Under the pieces are notes generated by a model. That model saw nothing but the letters and a program-made list of their open reading frames with translations, was not told where the DNA came from and ran no database searches. The translations under genes were made by a program, and so were the position numbers. Shown one piece after another: positions 8,665 through 16,666 of a stretch of 32,000 nt of DNA. Source of the DNA: Pseudomonas aeruginosa (GTDB lineage: Bacteria; Pseudomonadota; Gammaproteobacteria; Pseudomonadales; Pseudomonadaceae); assembly GCF_001457615.1 (NCBI RefSeq), contig NZ_LN831024.1, positions 2,460,001-2,492,000 on the forward strand, written 5' to 3'. The first letter of the stretch is position 1. Each line of letters starts with the position of its first letter.

Positions 8665-9417
8665 ATGACGGTACCTTTCAAGGATCATTTCTCCACGGGG
8701 TCGGCGAACTACGCCGCACATCGTCCGACCTACCCGGCGCGGTTGGTCGACGAGCTGGCCGCGCTCTGCCCCGGCACCCGCCTGGCCCTGGACTGCGGCT
8801 GCGGCACCGGACAGCTCACGGTGCTGTTGGCCGAGCGTTTCGAACGGGTGGTCGGTACCGACGCCAGCGCCGCGCAGATCGACAAGGCGCAGGCTCGCGA
8901 GCGGGTCGAGTATCGCGTGGCATTGGCCGAGGACAGCGGGCTGGCGGCAGCCAGCGCCGACCTGGTGACGATCGCCCAGGCCGCCCACTGGCTGGACCTG
9001 CCGCGCTTCTACGAGGAGGTCCGGCGTGTGGCCCGCGCGGACGCCATCCTGGCTCTGGTTACCTATGGCGTATTGCATGTCGACGGACCCATGGAACCGC
9101 TGGTCCAGCACTTCTACCACCAGGTCGTCGGCCCCTACTGGCCTGCCGAGCGGTGCCACGTGGAGGAGGGCTACCGCAATCTGCCGTTCCCCTTCGAGGA
9201 GCGTCGCCTGCCGGACCTGGCCATCGAGGTGGCCTGGACCCTGGACGAACTGCTGGGCTATGTCGGTACCTGGTCGGCGGTGAAGGAAGCCGGCAAGGCC
9301 CTTGGCCAGGATCCGGGCGCCGCGTTCGTCGATGAGCTGCGCGAAGCCTGGGGCGACCCGCAGACGCGCTATCGGGTCAGTTGGCCGCTGACGGTGCGCG
9401 CCGGGGTGATCCGCTGA
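8665..9417 (+). CDS. Class I SAM-dependent methyltransferase
   Basis: ATG at 8665 with a GGGAGAG SD at 8654-8660. SAM motif I is LDCGCGTGQLT. 250 aa. Confidence 0.8.
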   Translation: MTVPFKDHFSTGSANYAAHRPTYPARLVDELAALCPGTRLALDCGCGTGQLTVLLAERFERVVGTDASAAQIDKAQARERVEYRVALAEDSGLAAASADLVTIAQAAHWLDLPRFYEEVRRVARADAILALVTYGVLHVDGPMEPLVQHFYHQVVGPYWPAERCHVEEGYRNLPFPFEERRLPDLAIEVAWTLDELLGYVGTWSAVKEAGKALGQDPGAAFVDELREAWGDPQTRYRVSWPLTVRAGVIR

Positions 9418-10005
9418 GCCATCGGACGCAATCCGAAACTCAACCATGACGGCGGGGAGAGCGCCGATCGCGTCCGCCTGCCGTCTACGCAGGTCGCTGC
9501 AACCCCCTGGCAGCCGCGGCGTCGCTTGAGCGCGGGCAGGGGGCAGGTGGTGCGCCGAGTCGTATTCGTCGAACTCGCCATGCCGCCCCAGGCCGGATCG
9601 GCGTGCAGGTTGCCAGTCCCTGGCGTACGGGCCGCTCAGTGCGTGCTTTCGTTTCACTGAGCCAGGTTTTCCAGCGCTATGAAGAAATCGCCCCGATTGC
9701 AGGATGAGTCTTGCTTTCGTCCCGGTTTCACTGCCGCTGGCTGCTGAATCGAGGGTGCACTCCGCGCAGTCCGGCCCCTCACCTTGAGAGCCGTTGCCAT
9801 TGTCGGGGTTACCCACGTGCTTTCCAGCAGGTACGGAGCCGATGGGAGATCGAGTTGGCGAGAGTGCCGGCTTGCTCCGGCCTTCTGAAGACTCTTCTTG
9901 AATCAGAAAAACCTTACGCCAGAAGTAGTGGGGGCTGATGGCCCCGCTCGTTTCGATCCTTCATGGTTAGCGGGTTCTGTTCTTCTTCGCCGTGGAGAGT
10001 TTTCT

Positions 10006-10809
10006 GTGAGTGGTTCCCTCTTGGTACCGGCCAGTCTCGCCAGTCGCATCAGGCTCCTGCTGGTCATGACCCGGCGCGAGGTCGAACTGCGTTATCGCGA
10101 CGCCATGTTGGGCCGCATCTGGATCATCGTCTCGCCGTTCCTGCTCTTGCTGATCTATACGTTTGTCTTCGGCTTCGTGCTGAAGTCGCGCTGGGGCGGA
10201 AGCCAGAGCACGCTCTCCTTCGCCTTGACCCTGTTTTCCGGACTCCTGCTGAACGGGATCCTCGCTGAAAGCCTGTCCAGGGCCCCGACTATCATCCAGG
10301 CCAACGCCAACTACGTGAAGAAGCTGGTTTTTCCCCTGGAGATACTTCCCCTCACACCGCTGCTGGCCGCTTTCTTCAACGCCATGCTCGGCTACCTGGT
10401 GCTCTGTATCTTTCTTCTCTTCAGCGGCGTCGAGCCGGGCTGGCAACTGGTTCTGCTACCGCTTGCCCTGCTCCCCTTCCTGCTCTGCGTGACGGGGCTG
10501 GCGTGGTTCCTCGCGGGGCTCGGGGTCTATGTTCGCGACATAGGGCAGTTCGTCCAGTTTCTCCTGGTGCTTCTGCTATTCATCAGCCCGGTGTTCTATC
10601 CGCTGTCTTCCTTGCCACCGGTAATGCAGCCCTACCTGTACCTCAATCCGCTGACGATCCCGGTGGAAATGGTCAGGGCGATCCTTTTCGATGCTCCCTA
10701 TCCGACCCTTGGGGTCTTCAGCGTTTATTGCGTTGCGTCTCTGCTGGTCTGTTCATCGGGCTTCCTCTGGTTCCGTCGGGTTCAGGAAGGTTTTGCAGAT
10801 GTCCTCTGA
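10006..10809 (+). CDS. ABC-2 type (Wzm/TagG/KpsM-like) transporter permease with no cognate ATPase gene nearby
   Basis: Polytopic hydrophobic protein with the ABC-2 N-terminal signature (RREVELRYRDAMLGRIWIIVSPFLLLLIY) and about six hydrophobic segments. GTG at 10006 was preferred because GGAGAG lies 6 nt upstream. The ORF track begins at TTG 9898, so the start is uncertain. Confidence 0.75.
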   Translation: MSGSLLVPASLASRIRLLLVMTRREVELRYRDAMLGRIWIIVSPFLLLLIYTFVFGFVLKSRWGGSQSTLSFALTLFSGLLLNGILAESLSRAPTIIQANANYVKKLVFPLEILPLTPLLAAFFNAMLGYLVLCIFLLFSGVEPGWQLVLLPLALLPFLLCVTGLAWFLAGLGVYVRDIGQFVQFLLVLLLFISPVFYPLSSLPPVMQPYLYLNPLTIPVEMVRAILFDAPYPTLGVFSVYCVASLLVCSSGFLWFRRVQEGFADVL

Positions 10810-12526
10810 GGCCGTTTCCCCGGGCCCGCAGATGACGGCCGAGTGGATACCGCTGGGGCAGCGTTTGCTCGAACGCGGGTTGGTGAGCGGCCAGGAACTC
10901 GAGCGGGCGCTCGACCTGCAACGCCGGCTTGGCGGCCGTCTGGGAGGCATTCTCGTGCGTTCCGGAGCCATCTCGGAAAATACCCTCATGCAGGTGCTGG
11001 CGGAGCAACTGCGGTTGCCGCTGGTGGGGGACGACCTGCGGAAGCCGAGCGAAGAGTCCATCGCCGCATTCCTGCTCAGTACCCCGATCAATACCGACTG
11101 GTTCGTCGAAGAGCAACTGGTGGTCTGGGAGGAGGGCGAGCAACTGCTGTTCGCGGCGCGTGATCCGTTATCTCCTTCGATACGCGAAACCCTGGGCTAT
11201 TTCTATCCGGAGCGCTCGATTCAAGCAGTGCTGTGCCGCTCCCAGGATCTGGACGGCTGGTTGGAGCACTCCCTGGACCTGGCCCGGCAAGGTGCGGATC
11301 GGCACGCCTACGGCAGCGAAGACATCCGCTACCTGCGGGAGTTGGCGGAGGAGGCGCCGGTAGTCGAACTCGTCAACAACGTGATGAGCCAGGCCATGGA
11401 AAAGCGCTCTTCGGATATTCACATCGAACCCCGGGAGTTCGACTTCCGTATCCGCTTCCGCGTCGACGGCGTCCTGCACGACCAACTGAGCCTTCCCCGC
11501 GAGCGATTCGCGGCGGTTGTCTCGCGGATCAAGCTGATCTCCGCCATCGACATCGCGGAGCGACGGTTGCCGCAGGATGGACGCATGAGCATCCGGGTCA
11601 GCGGTACGGAGCTCGACGTGCGGGTCTCCACCTTGCCAGGGGTGCATGGCGAATCGGTGGTCATGCGCCTGTTGCCGAAGGAGCGCGAGGGGTTGCGCCT
11701 GGACCGGCTCGGGATGCTCCCGGACCACTTGCGGAGGATGCGTGCATGGGTAGCGGAACCCCACGGCATCATCCTGGTGACCGGCCCCACCGGATCGGGC
11801 AAGTCCACCACGCTCTATGGCGCGCTGGAGGAAATCAATGATGGCGTGCGCAAGCTCATCAGCGTGGAAGATCCCGTGGAATACCAGGTGCCCAATATCA
11901 CCCAGGTCCAGGTCCATGCCGACATCGGCCTGACCTTCGCTGCCGCCTTGCGCTCGATCCTGCGGCAGGATCCCGATGTGATCATGATCGGGGAGATACG
12001 CGACCTGGAGACGGCGGAGATCGCCGTACAGTCCTCGCTCACCGGTCACCTGGTGCTTTCGACCCTGCATACCAACGATGCGGTGAGCGCCTTCACGCGC
12101 TTGATCGACATGGGCGTGGAACCCTTCCTGGTGGCTTCGCCGGTGCGCGGTGTCCAGGCCCAGCGACTGGTGCGCAGGTTGTGCGCCCACTGCGCGGAAC
12201 CTTGCGAGCCAACCCTTGCTGCGGCCGATCTGGCAGCGACCGAGGCGGCCACCGCGCGGCTGTTCCCGGGGCAGGCAGCGCAATGGCGCGTGGCGCGAGG
12301 CTGCGGCCGCTGCGAAGGTACCGGCTACAGCGGCCGTGTGGGCATCTACGAACTCGTCGATCTGTCTTCCGAGATGCGCGACCTGATCGTGCAGAGAGCT
12401 TCCCTCGAACAGATGCATCGGCTTGCCGCCAGCCAGGGACAGCGCAATCTGCGTGAAGATGGCTTGATCAAGGCCTGGTTGGGTATGACCAGTCTTGACG
12501 AGGTGCATCGCGTGACCAGCGGCTAA
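10799..12526 (+). CDS. GspE/MshE-family secretion ATPase with an N-terminal MshEN (c-di-GMP-binding type) domain
   Basis: Walker A GPTGSGKST, Walker B/Asp box DPDVIMIGEIRD, His box TGHLVLSTLHTN, and tetracysteine CAHCAEP...CGRCEGTGYSGR. ATG at 10799 with a cAGGAAGG SD, overlapping the permease stop (10807-10809). Confidence 0.9.
   Translation: MSSEAVSPGPQMTAEWIPLGQRLLERGLVSGQELERALDLQRRLGGRLGGILVRSGAISENTLMQVLAEQLRLPLVGDDLRKPSEESIAAFLLSTPINTDWFVEEQLVVWEEGEQLLFAARDPLSPSIRETLGYFYPERSIQAVLCRSQDLDGWLEHSLDLARQGADRHAYGSEDIRYLRELAEEAPVVELVNNVMSQAMEKRSSDIHIEPREFDFRIRFRVDGVLHDQLSLPRERFAAVVSRIKLISAIDIAERRLPQDGRMSIRVSGTELDVRVSTLPGVHGESVVMRLLPKEREGLRLDRLGMLPDHLRRMRAWVAEPHGIILVTGPTGSGKSTTLYGALEEINDGVRKLISVEDPVEYQVPNITQVQVHADIGLTFAAALRSILRQDPDVIMIGEIRDLETAEIAVQSSLTGHLVLSTLHTNDAVSAFTRLIDMGVEPFLVASPVRGVQAQRLVRRLCAHCAEPCEPTLAAADLAATEAATARLFPGQAAQWRVARGCGRCEGTGYSGRVGIYELVDLSSEMRDLIVQRASLEQMHRLAASQGQRNLREDGLIKAWLGMTSLDEVHRVTSG
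10850..11008 (+). other. Tandem 24-residue MshEN motifs separated by a 5-residue spacer
   Basis: PLGQRLLERGLVSGQELERALDLQ - RRLGG - RLGGILVRSGAISENTLMQVLAEQ. Both fit RLGxx(L/V/I)(L/V/I)xxG(L/V/I)(L/V/I)xxxxLxxxLxxQ, except P for R at position 1 of repeat 1 and A for L/V/I at position 11 of repeat 2. Confidence 0.75.
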
Positions 12527-12530
12527 GCCC

Positions 12531-13718
12531 ATGAATTTCATCTACCAAGCCGTCGATCGCAAGGGCAGGCGCGTTCGTGGCGAACTCTGCCTCCCAACGC
12601 GCCAGGATGCGCTGCGGCAGTTGCAGCGCCAGGGGCTCACCCCGCTCAGCCTGGAGGTGAAACGCCGCAACCTGGGCTCGCGACGTCGGCTCAAGGCCGA
12701 GGAATTGAACATGGCCATCCATGAGCTGGCCACCATGCTCGCGGCGGGAGTGAGCATGGCCGACGCGGTGGAGGCCCAGGAGCGAGGCGCGCGCCACCCG
12801 AAGTTGATTTCCGCCCTGCAGGAGATGGCCAATGGTCTGCGCCAGGGGCAATCCTTTCCCGTGGTGCTGGAGAGCGCCGGCCTCGACCTGCCGCGCTATG
12901 TATATCAACTGGTGGCGGCCGGCGAGATGACCGGAAACCTCGCAGGAGCCCTGAGGGACTGTGCCACGCAGATGGAATACGAACGGCGAACCCGCGCCGA
13001 GTTGCAAGGGGCGCTGATCTACCCTGCGATTCTGGTGCTCAGCGGGGTGCTCGCCGTGGCGACCCTGTTCGTCTTCGTCGTTCCGAAATTCGCCAATCTC
13101 CTGAACGAGACCGCCCAGCTCCCGTGGCTTGCCTGGGCAGTGCTGAGCATCGGGGTATGGAGCAACGAGAGTTCCGGCTTGCTGGCGTTCGCCGTCCTGC
13201 TGCTTGCTGGCGGCATTGCCGTGGCGCTGCGCAATCCGGCGCTCCGCGCCCATGCGCTCGACCAGTTGGTGCGCCTGCCCGTAGTCGGGGAATGGTTGAT
13301 GCAGGCGGAAATAGCGCAATGGTCGAAGGTGCTTGGAACCCTGCTGGGAAATCGTGTGCCGCTGGTGGAGGCCCTGGCGCTTTCCGCCGCTGGCGTCCGC
13401 ATTGCCCGGCAGCGCCGGACCCTGGAGCGAGTCACCCAGGATGTGCGGGCCGGCATCGCCTTGTCGGCAGCGTTGGAGGAGCGCCAGGCGGTCACGTCCA
13501 TCGGTTCGAGCCTGGTGCGGGTTGGAGAGGCCTCCGGGCAGCTCGCGGAGATGCTGCAGAGCCTGGCGACGCTCTATGGAGAGGCCGGGCAGGCGCGAAT
13601 GAAAAAGGCCCTGGTACTGATCGAGCCTTTGGCGATCCTGCTGATCGGCTCTGTGTTCGGCCTGATCATTACCGGCGTGGTACTGGCGATTACCAGCGCC
13701 AACGACATGGTGCTTTGA
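12531..13718 (+). CDS. GspF-family inner-membrane platform protein
   Basis: 395 aa, starting 4 nt after the ATPase stop. Typical duplicated GspF architecture (cytoplasmic helical domain followed by hydrophobic segments, twice), with the N-terminus MNFIYQAVDRKGRRVRGEL. Confidence 0.9.
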   Translation: MNFIYQAVDRKGRRVRGELCLPTRQDALRQLQRQGLTPLSLEVKRRNLGSRRRLKAEELNMAIHELATMLAAGVSMADAVEAQERGARHPKLISALQEMANGLRQGQSFPVVLESAGLDLPRYVYQLVAAGEMTGNLAGALRDCATQMEYERRTRAELQGALIYPAILVLSGVLAVATLFVFVVPKFANLLNETAQLPWLAWAVLSIGVWSNESSGLLAFAVLLLAGGIAVALRNPALRAHALDQLVRLPVVGEWLMQAEIAQWSKVLGTLLGNRVPLVEALALSAAGVRIARQRRTLERVTQDVRAGIALSAALEERQAVTSIGSSLVRVGEASGQLAEMLQSLATLYGEAGQARMKKALVLIEPLAILLIGSVFGLIITGVVLAITSANDMVL

Positions 13719-13771
13719 ATGCCGGGTATCGATGCCGCGGCTGGTTGGATGAGACGTGAAGTGGAAACCGT

Positions 13772-14206
13772 ATGAACAGAGCTGCACAACAGGGCTTCAC
13801 CCTGCTCGAGATGATTGTGGTGTTGGTGATTATCGGCATGCTGATGGGGCTCGTCGGGCCGCGACTGTTCAATCAGGCCGACAAGGCGAAGGCGCAGACG
13901 GCGGATACCCAGGTGAAGATGCTCAAGGGCGCGTTGCTCACCATGCGCCTGGACATCGGCCGGCTGCCGACCGAAGAAGAAGGCCTGGCGCTACTCAACA
14001 CGCCGCCTTCCGATGAACGTCTCGGGGCCTTCTGGCACGGGCCCTACCTCGAGGGCGGCGTACCGCTGGACCCCTGGAACCGGCCTTACCTGTACAGCGA
14101 CAGGCCGAGTGCCGAACAACCCTTCACTCTCTACAGTCAGGGCGCGGATGGGCAGCCCGGTGGGAAAGGCCTGGATGCCGATGTCGGTTACGCGCCCAAA
14201 CGTTGA
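13772..14206 (+). CDS. GspG-type major pseudopilin
   Basis: Prepilin leader MNRAAQQG/FTLLEMIVVLVIIGMLMGL with E at +5. GspG body motifs are present (LPTEEEGLALL, GPYLEGGVPLDPWNRPYLY, LYSQGADGQPGG). Confidence 0.9.
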   Translation: MNRAAQQGFTLLEMIVVLVIIGMLMGLVGPRLFNQADKAKAQTADTQVKMLKGALLTMRLDIGRLPTEEEGLALLNTPPSDERLGAFWHGPYLEGGVPLDPWNRPYLYSDRPSAEQPFTLYSQGADGQPGGKGLDADVGYAPKR

Positions 14207-14585
14207 CCAGGCCGCGTTCACCTTGCTCGAACTGCTGGTGGTGCTGGTGATCGTCGGGGCCATTGCTGCGGTGGCGTTGCCCGGCCTGGTGAGGATGCAG
14301 GAGACCTGGGCGCGCAGGACCGCGCTGGACGATCTGTTCAATCAATTGCAGACCTTGGGCTATCGCGTGCGCAGCGATGGGCGGGAGCTGCTCATTGGTG
14401 AGAGCGGGGCGGTTCCCGAGCAGTTGCTGCGACTGCCCGATGGCTGGACGGTTACTGCTCGGCCGCCGATACGTTACATGGCAAACGGAGTTTGCCTGGG
14501 CGGAAAGTTGCAGGTCCATCATGGGCGCGCGACACATACGCTGCTGCTTCAGCCCCCCCTCTGCGCGCCCGGGACGATCCGCTGA
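14175..14585 (+). CDS. Minor pseudopilin, GspH-like
   Basis: ATG at 14175 (GGGAAAGG SD 5 nt upstream) overlaps the end of gspG. Leader MPMSVTRPNVDQAA/FTLLELLVVLVIVGAIAA. The H-like assignment rests on size (136 aa) and position. Confidence 0.65.
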   Translation: MPMSVTRPNVDQAAFTLLELLVVLVIVGAIAAVALPGLVRMQETWARRTALDDLFNQLQTLGYRVRSDGRELLIGESGAVPEQLLRLPDGWTVTARPPIRYMANGVCLGGKLQVHHGRATHTLLLQPPLCAPGTIR

Positions 14586-15010
14586 TGCCGGCGCGGCAGG
14601 AAGGCTTCACGCTCCTGGAGGCGGTGGTTGCGCTGACGCTCCTGGCAGTGGTCGGCGGTGCGCTTTTCGCCTGGCTCAACAGTGCCTTTCGGAGCATGCA
14701 GCGGGTCGAGGCGGCCGAGCTGCGCATCGAGACGGCTTGGGTGGCGATGGCCTATCTGGAGCGCATGAACCCTGCGCTCGAACCCGCAGGCAGGGTCCGG
14801 CTGGGGCATTACCGGCTGGAGTGGCGAAGTTCGCCGCTGTCCGCGTCGAAAGCGGCGGTGGGCCGCCATAGCGGCAGTCCGGGCATCTACGACGTGACCT
14901 TGTTCAGGGTCGTCGCCAGCATCCGGGCCGGCGATGGAACGCCGCAGACGCTGCAACTGGAGCTTCCCGGATACGTGGTCATCCCAGCGCGACTGGGTGA
15001 TGGACCATGA
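14585..15010 (+). CDS. Minor pseudopilin, GspI-like
   Basis: TGATG junction at 14583-14587. Leader MPARQEG/FTLLEAVVALTLLAVVGG. 141 aa. Confidence 0.65.
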   Translation: MPARQEGFTLLEAVVALTLLAVVGGALFAWLNSAFRSMQRVEAAELRIETAWVAMAYLERMNPALEPAGRVRLGHYRLEWRSSPLSASKAAVGRHSGSPGIYDVTLFRVVASIRAGDGTPQTLQLELPGYVVIPARLGDGP

Positions 15011-15597
15011 TCCGCTCGCGACGAAAACAGGGTGCATTCACCCTGCTCGAGATGATCGTGGTGCTGCTGGTCGTTTCCTTCATCGGCACGTTGCTCATGC
15101 AAGGGTTGAGCTATGCCAGCAAGGCCAACCAGTCCTTGCACCAGAGCCTGGGGCGCGGACAGGTCCGGGCGCTGACCTTCGATTGGTTCCGTGATGCGGT
15201 GGAGAACCTGGTCGCTCCCGAGGCTGGCGAGGTCCGCTGGCGTCTGCGAGGGGACGAACTCAGTTTCGAGGCCATGTCTGCCGCGGCCCTGGATCGCCGT
15301 GCGGGCATCCCGACGCCCTTGGCCTTCCGGCTTGAGCGGCGGGCAGGAGAGGACCGGACCGAGTTGATCTATGTGCGAAGGCTGGAGGACAGTCGCTGGC
15401 CCCTCCTGCATCTGCGCGGCGAAGCTCGCTTCCGCTATCTGGACGGTCACGGCCAGTGGCACCGGGACTGGCCGCCGAGCGCGCAACTGGCCGATACCCT
15501 TCCCGAGGCGATGGCACTGGCGGCTCCCGAGGAGCGTCTGTTTGTCCTTGTCGCGGTCGCACTGCCCAGAGCGAGGCCCGCCGAACATGATTTCTGA
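15007..15597 (+). CDS. Minor pseudopilin, GspJ-like
   Basis: ATGA junction at 15007-15010. Leader MIRSRRKQGA/FTLLEMIVVLLVVSFIG. 196 aa. Confidence 0.6.
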   Translation: MIRSRRKQGAFTLLEMIVVLLVVSFIGTLLMQGLSYASKANQSLHQSLGRGQVRALTFDWFRDAVENLVAPEAGEVRWRLRGDELSFEAMSAAALDRRAGIPTPLAFRLERRAGEDRTELIYVRRLEDSRWPLLHLRGEARFRYLDGHGQWHRDWPPSAQLADTLPEAMALAAPEERLFVLVAVALPRARPAEHDF

Positions 15598-16666
15598 TGG
15601 CGCACGCCGACATGCGGCGTCTGCCCGCTCGTCTGGCTTCGTTCTGGTCGGAGTGGTCTGGTTCCTGGCCATCATGACCCTGCTGGCCAGTGCCGCTGTA
15701 CTCTGGGTCGGGCGCTCGCTGGATGCCACGGAAAACCGGCGCAAGGCGCTGCTTCGTGAGCTGGAGGAGCATGCCTTGCTGGCGCGGGTCCAATGGCTGG
15801 TGGCTACCCAGCGCTATACCGTCGCGGGCCTGAGCGTACCGGGAAATGCTGGCGCCGCGCCGAGCAAGGTGGACATGGACACTTCGATCCTGCCCATTGG
15901 CGGGGAGCTGCCTCTGGATGGCCGGGAGTTCTGCATGGCCAATGGCTGGTGCGTTGCGCTGCTCGATCGCTCTGCGCGCCTCAGTCTTTCCGGCATCGAT
16001 CCGCGGGTACTGTCCAGGCTGCTGGCGGGGTTGGGGGTTCCCGCCGAGCAGGTGCAGGTCATGGTCGCCCAATGGTTCAGCTATCTCTATCCCGGCGCCG
16101 CTCCACGACTGGGTAGTGCCGCGCAAGCCAGCGACAGGTCCTCTCCGGGCCAGGCCCGGCGCCGTCCGTTGCGCTCGGTGATGGAAGTCTTCCGGCTGGA
16201 GGCCTGGCGCCCCTGGGAAGCGCATTTGCTCGACGCCGGTTGGCGCGATCTGGTCGCGGCGGACGAGGCGGCGCTGAACATCAACACCGCGGATGCCCGA
16301 ATCCTGTCTCTTGCCTGGGGACTACCGGAGGACGCTGTCGGCCGACTGCTGCAAGCCCGCTGGCAGCGTCCGTTCACCCGGATGTCGGACCTGCATGACG
16401 TCCTCGGGGGTCATGCGAGGCTGGTTCCCGAGGATGGATGGGCGCGCCTGGCCAGTCCGGTCCTGTCGATTCGGCTCTACCCGCCAGGAGCCGAGCAGGG
16501 GACGGAATACGAGGTCCGCTTCAACTCAGAGCACCGCCTGCTGCCACCCTGGCAGCTTCTCTCGAAGAGGTCCGTGAAGATAAATGATCGCTACTCGAAT
16601 CCTCCGTTGCATCCCGATATCGCCCCCGGGGTTCTTGCCGCCCCGCTTGTGGCAAGGCCGTGGTAA
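15587..16666 (+). CDS. Minor pseudopilin, GspK-like (tip complex cap)
   Basis: ATG at 15587 overlaps the gspJ-like end by 11 nt. The hydrophobic N-terminus SSGFVLVGVVWFLAIMTLLASAAV lacks E+5, as in GspK. GspK-like motifs are LDRSARLSLSG and ALNINTADARILSLAWGLPEDAVGRLLQAR (helix-hairpin-helix region). 359 aa. Confidence 0.65.
   Translation: MISDGARRHAASARSSGFVLVGVVWFLAIMTLLASAAVLWVGRSLDATENRRKALLRELEEHALLARVQWLVATQRYTVAGLSVPGNAGAAPSKVDMDTSILPIGGELPLDGREFCMANGWCVALLDRSARLSLSGIDPRVLSRLLAGLGVPAEQVQVMVAQWFSYLYPGAAPRLGSAAQASDRSSPGQARRRPLRSVMEVFRLEAWRPWEAHLLDAGWRDLVAADEAALNINTADARILSLAWGLPEDAVGRLLQARWQRPFTRMSDLHDVLGGHARLVPEDGWARLASPVLSIRLYPPGAEQGTEYEVRFNSEHRLLPPWQLLSKRSVKINDRYSNPPLHPDIAPGVLAAPLVARPW

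Noticed and set aside
8647-9938. ORFs 8647..9816 (-), 9369..9581 (-) and 9711..9938 (+, TTG start), and the TTG 9898 start of the ABC-2 ORF
   Set aside because: The first is mostly antisense to the methyltransferase. The others have no SD, implausible composition (Cys/Arg/His-rich) and no recognisable family. The region is treated as a non-coding leader, and the GTG at 10006 with GGAGAG is a better permease start.
11168-13787. Minus-strand ORFs 11168..12541 (457 aa) and 12468..13787 (439 aa)
   Set aside because: They are antisense to the GspE and GspF genes, whose Walker, His-box and platform motifs are unambiguous.
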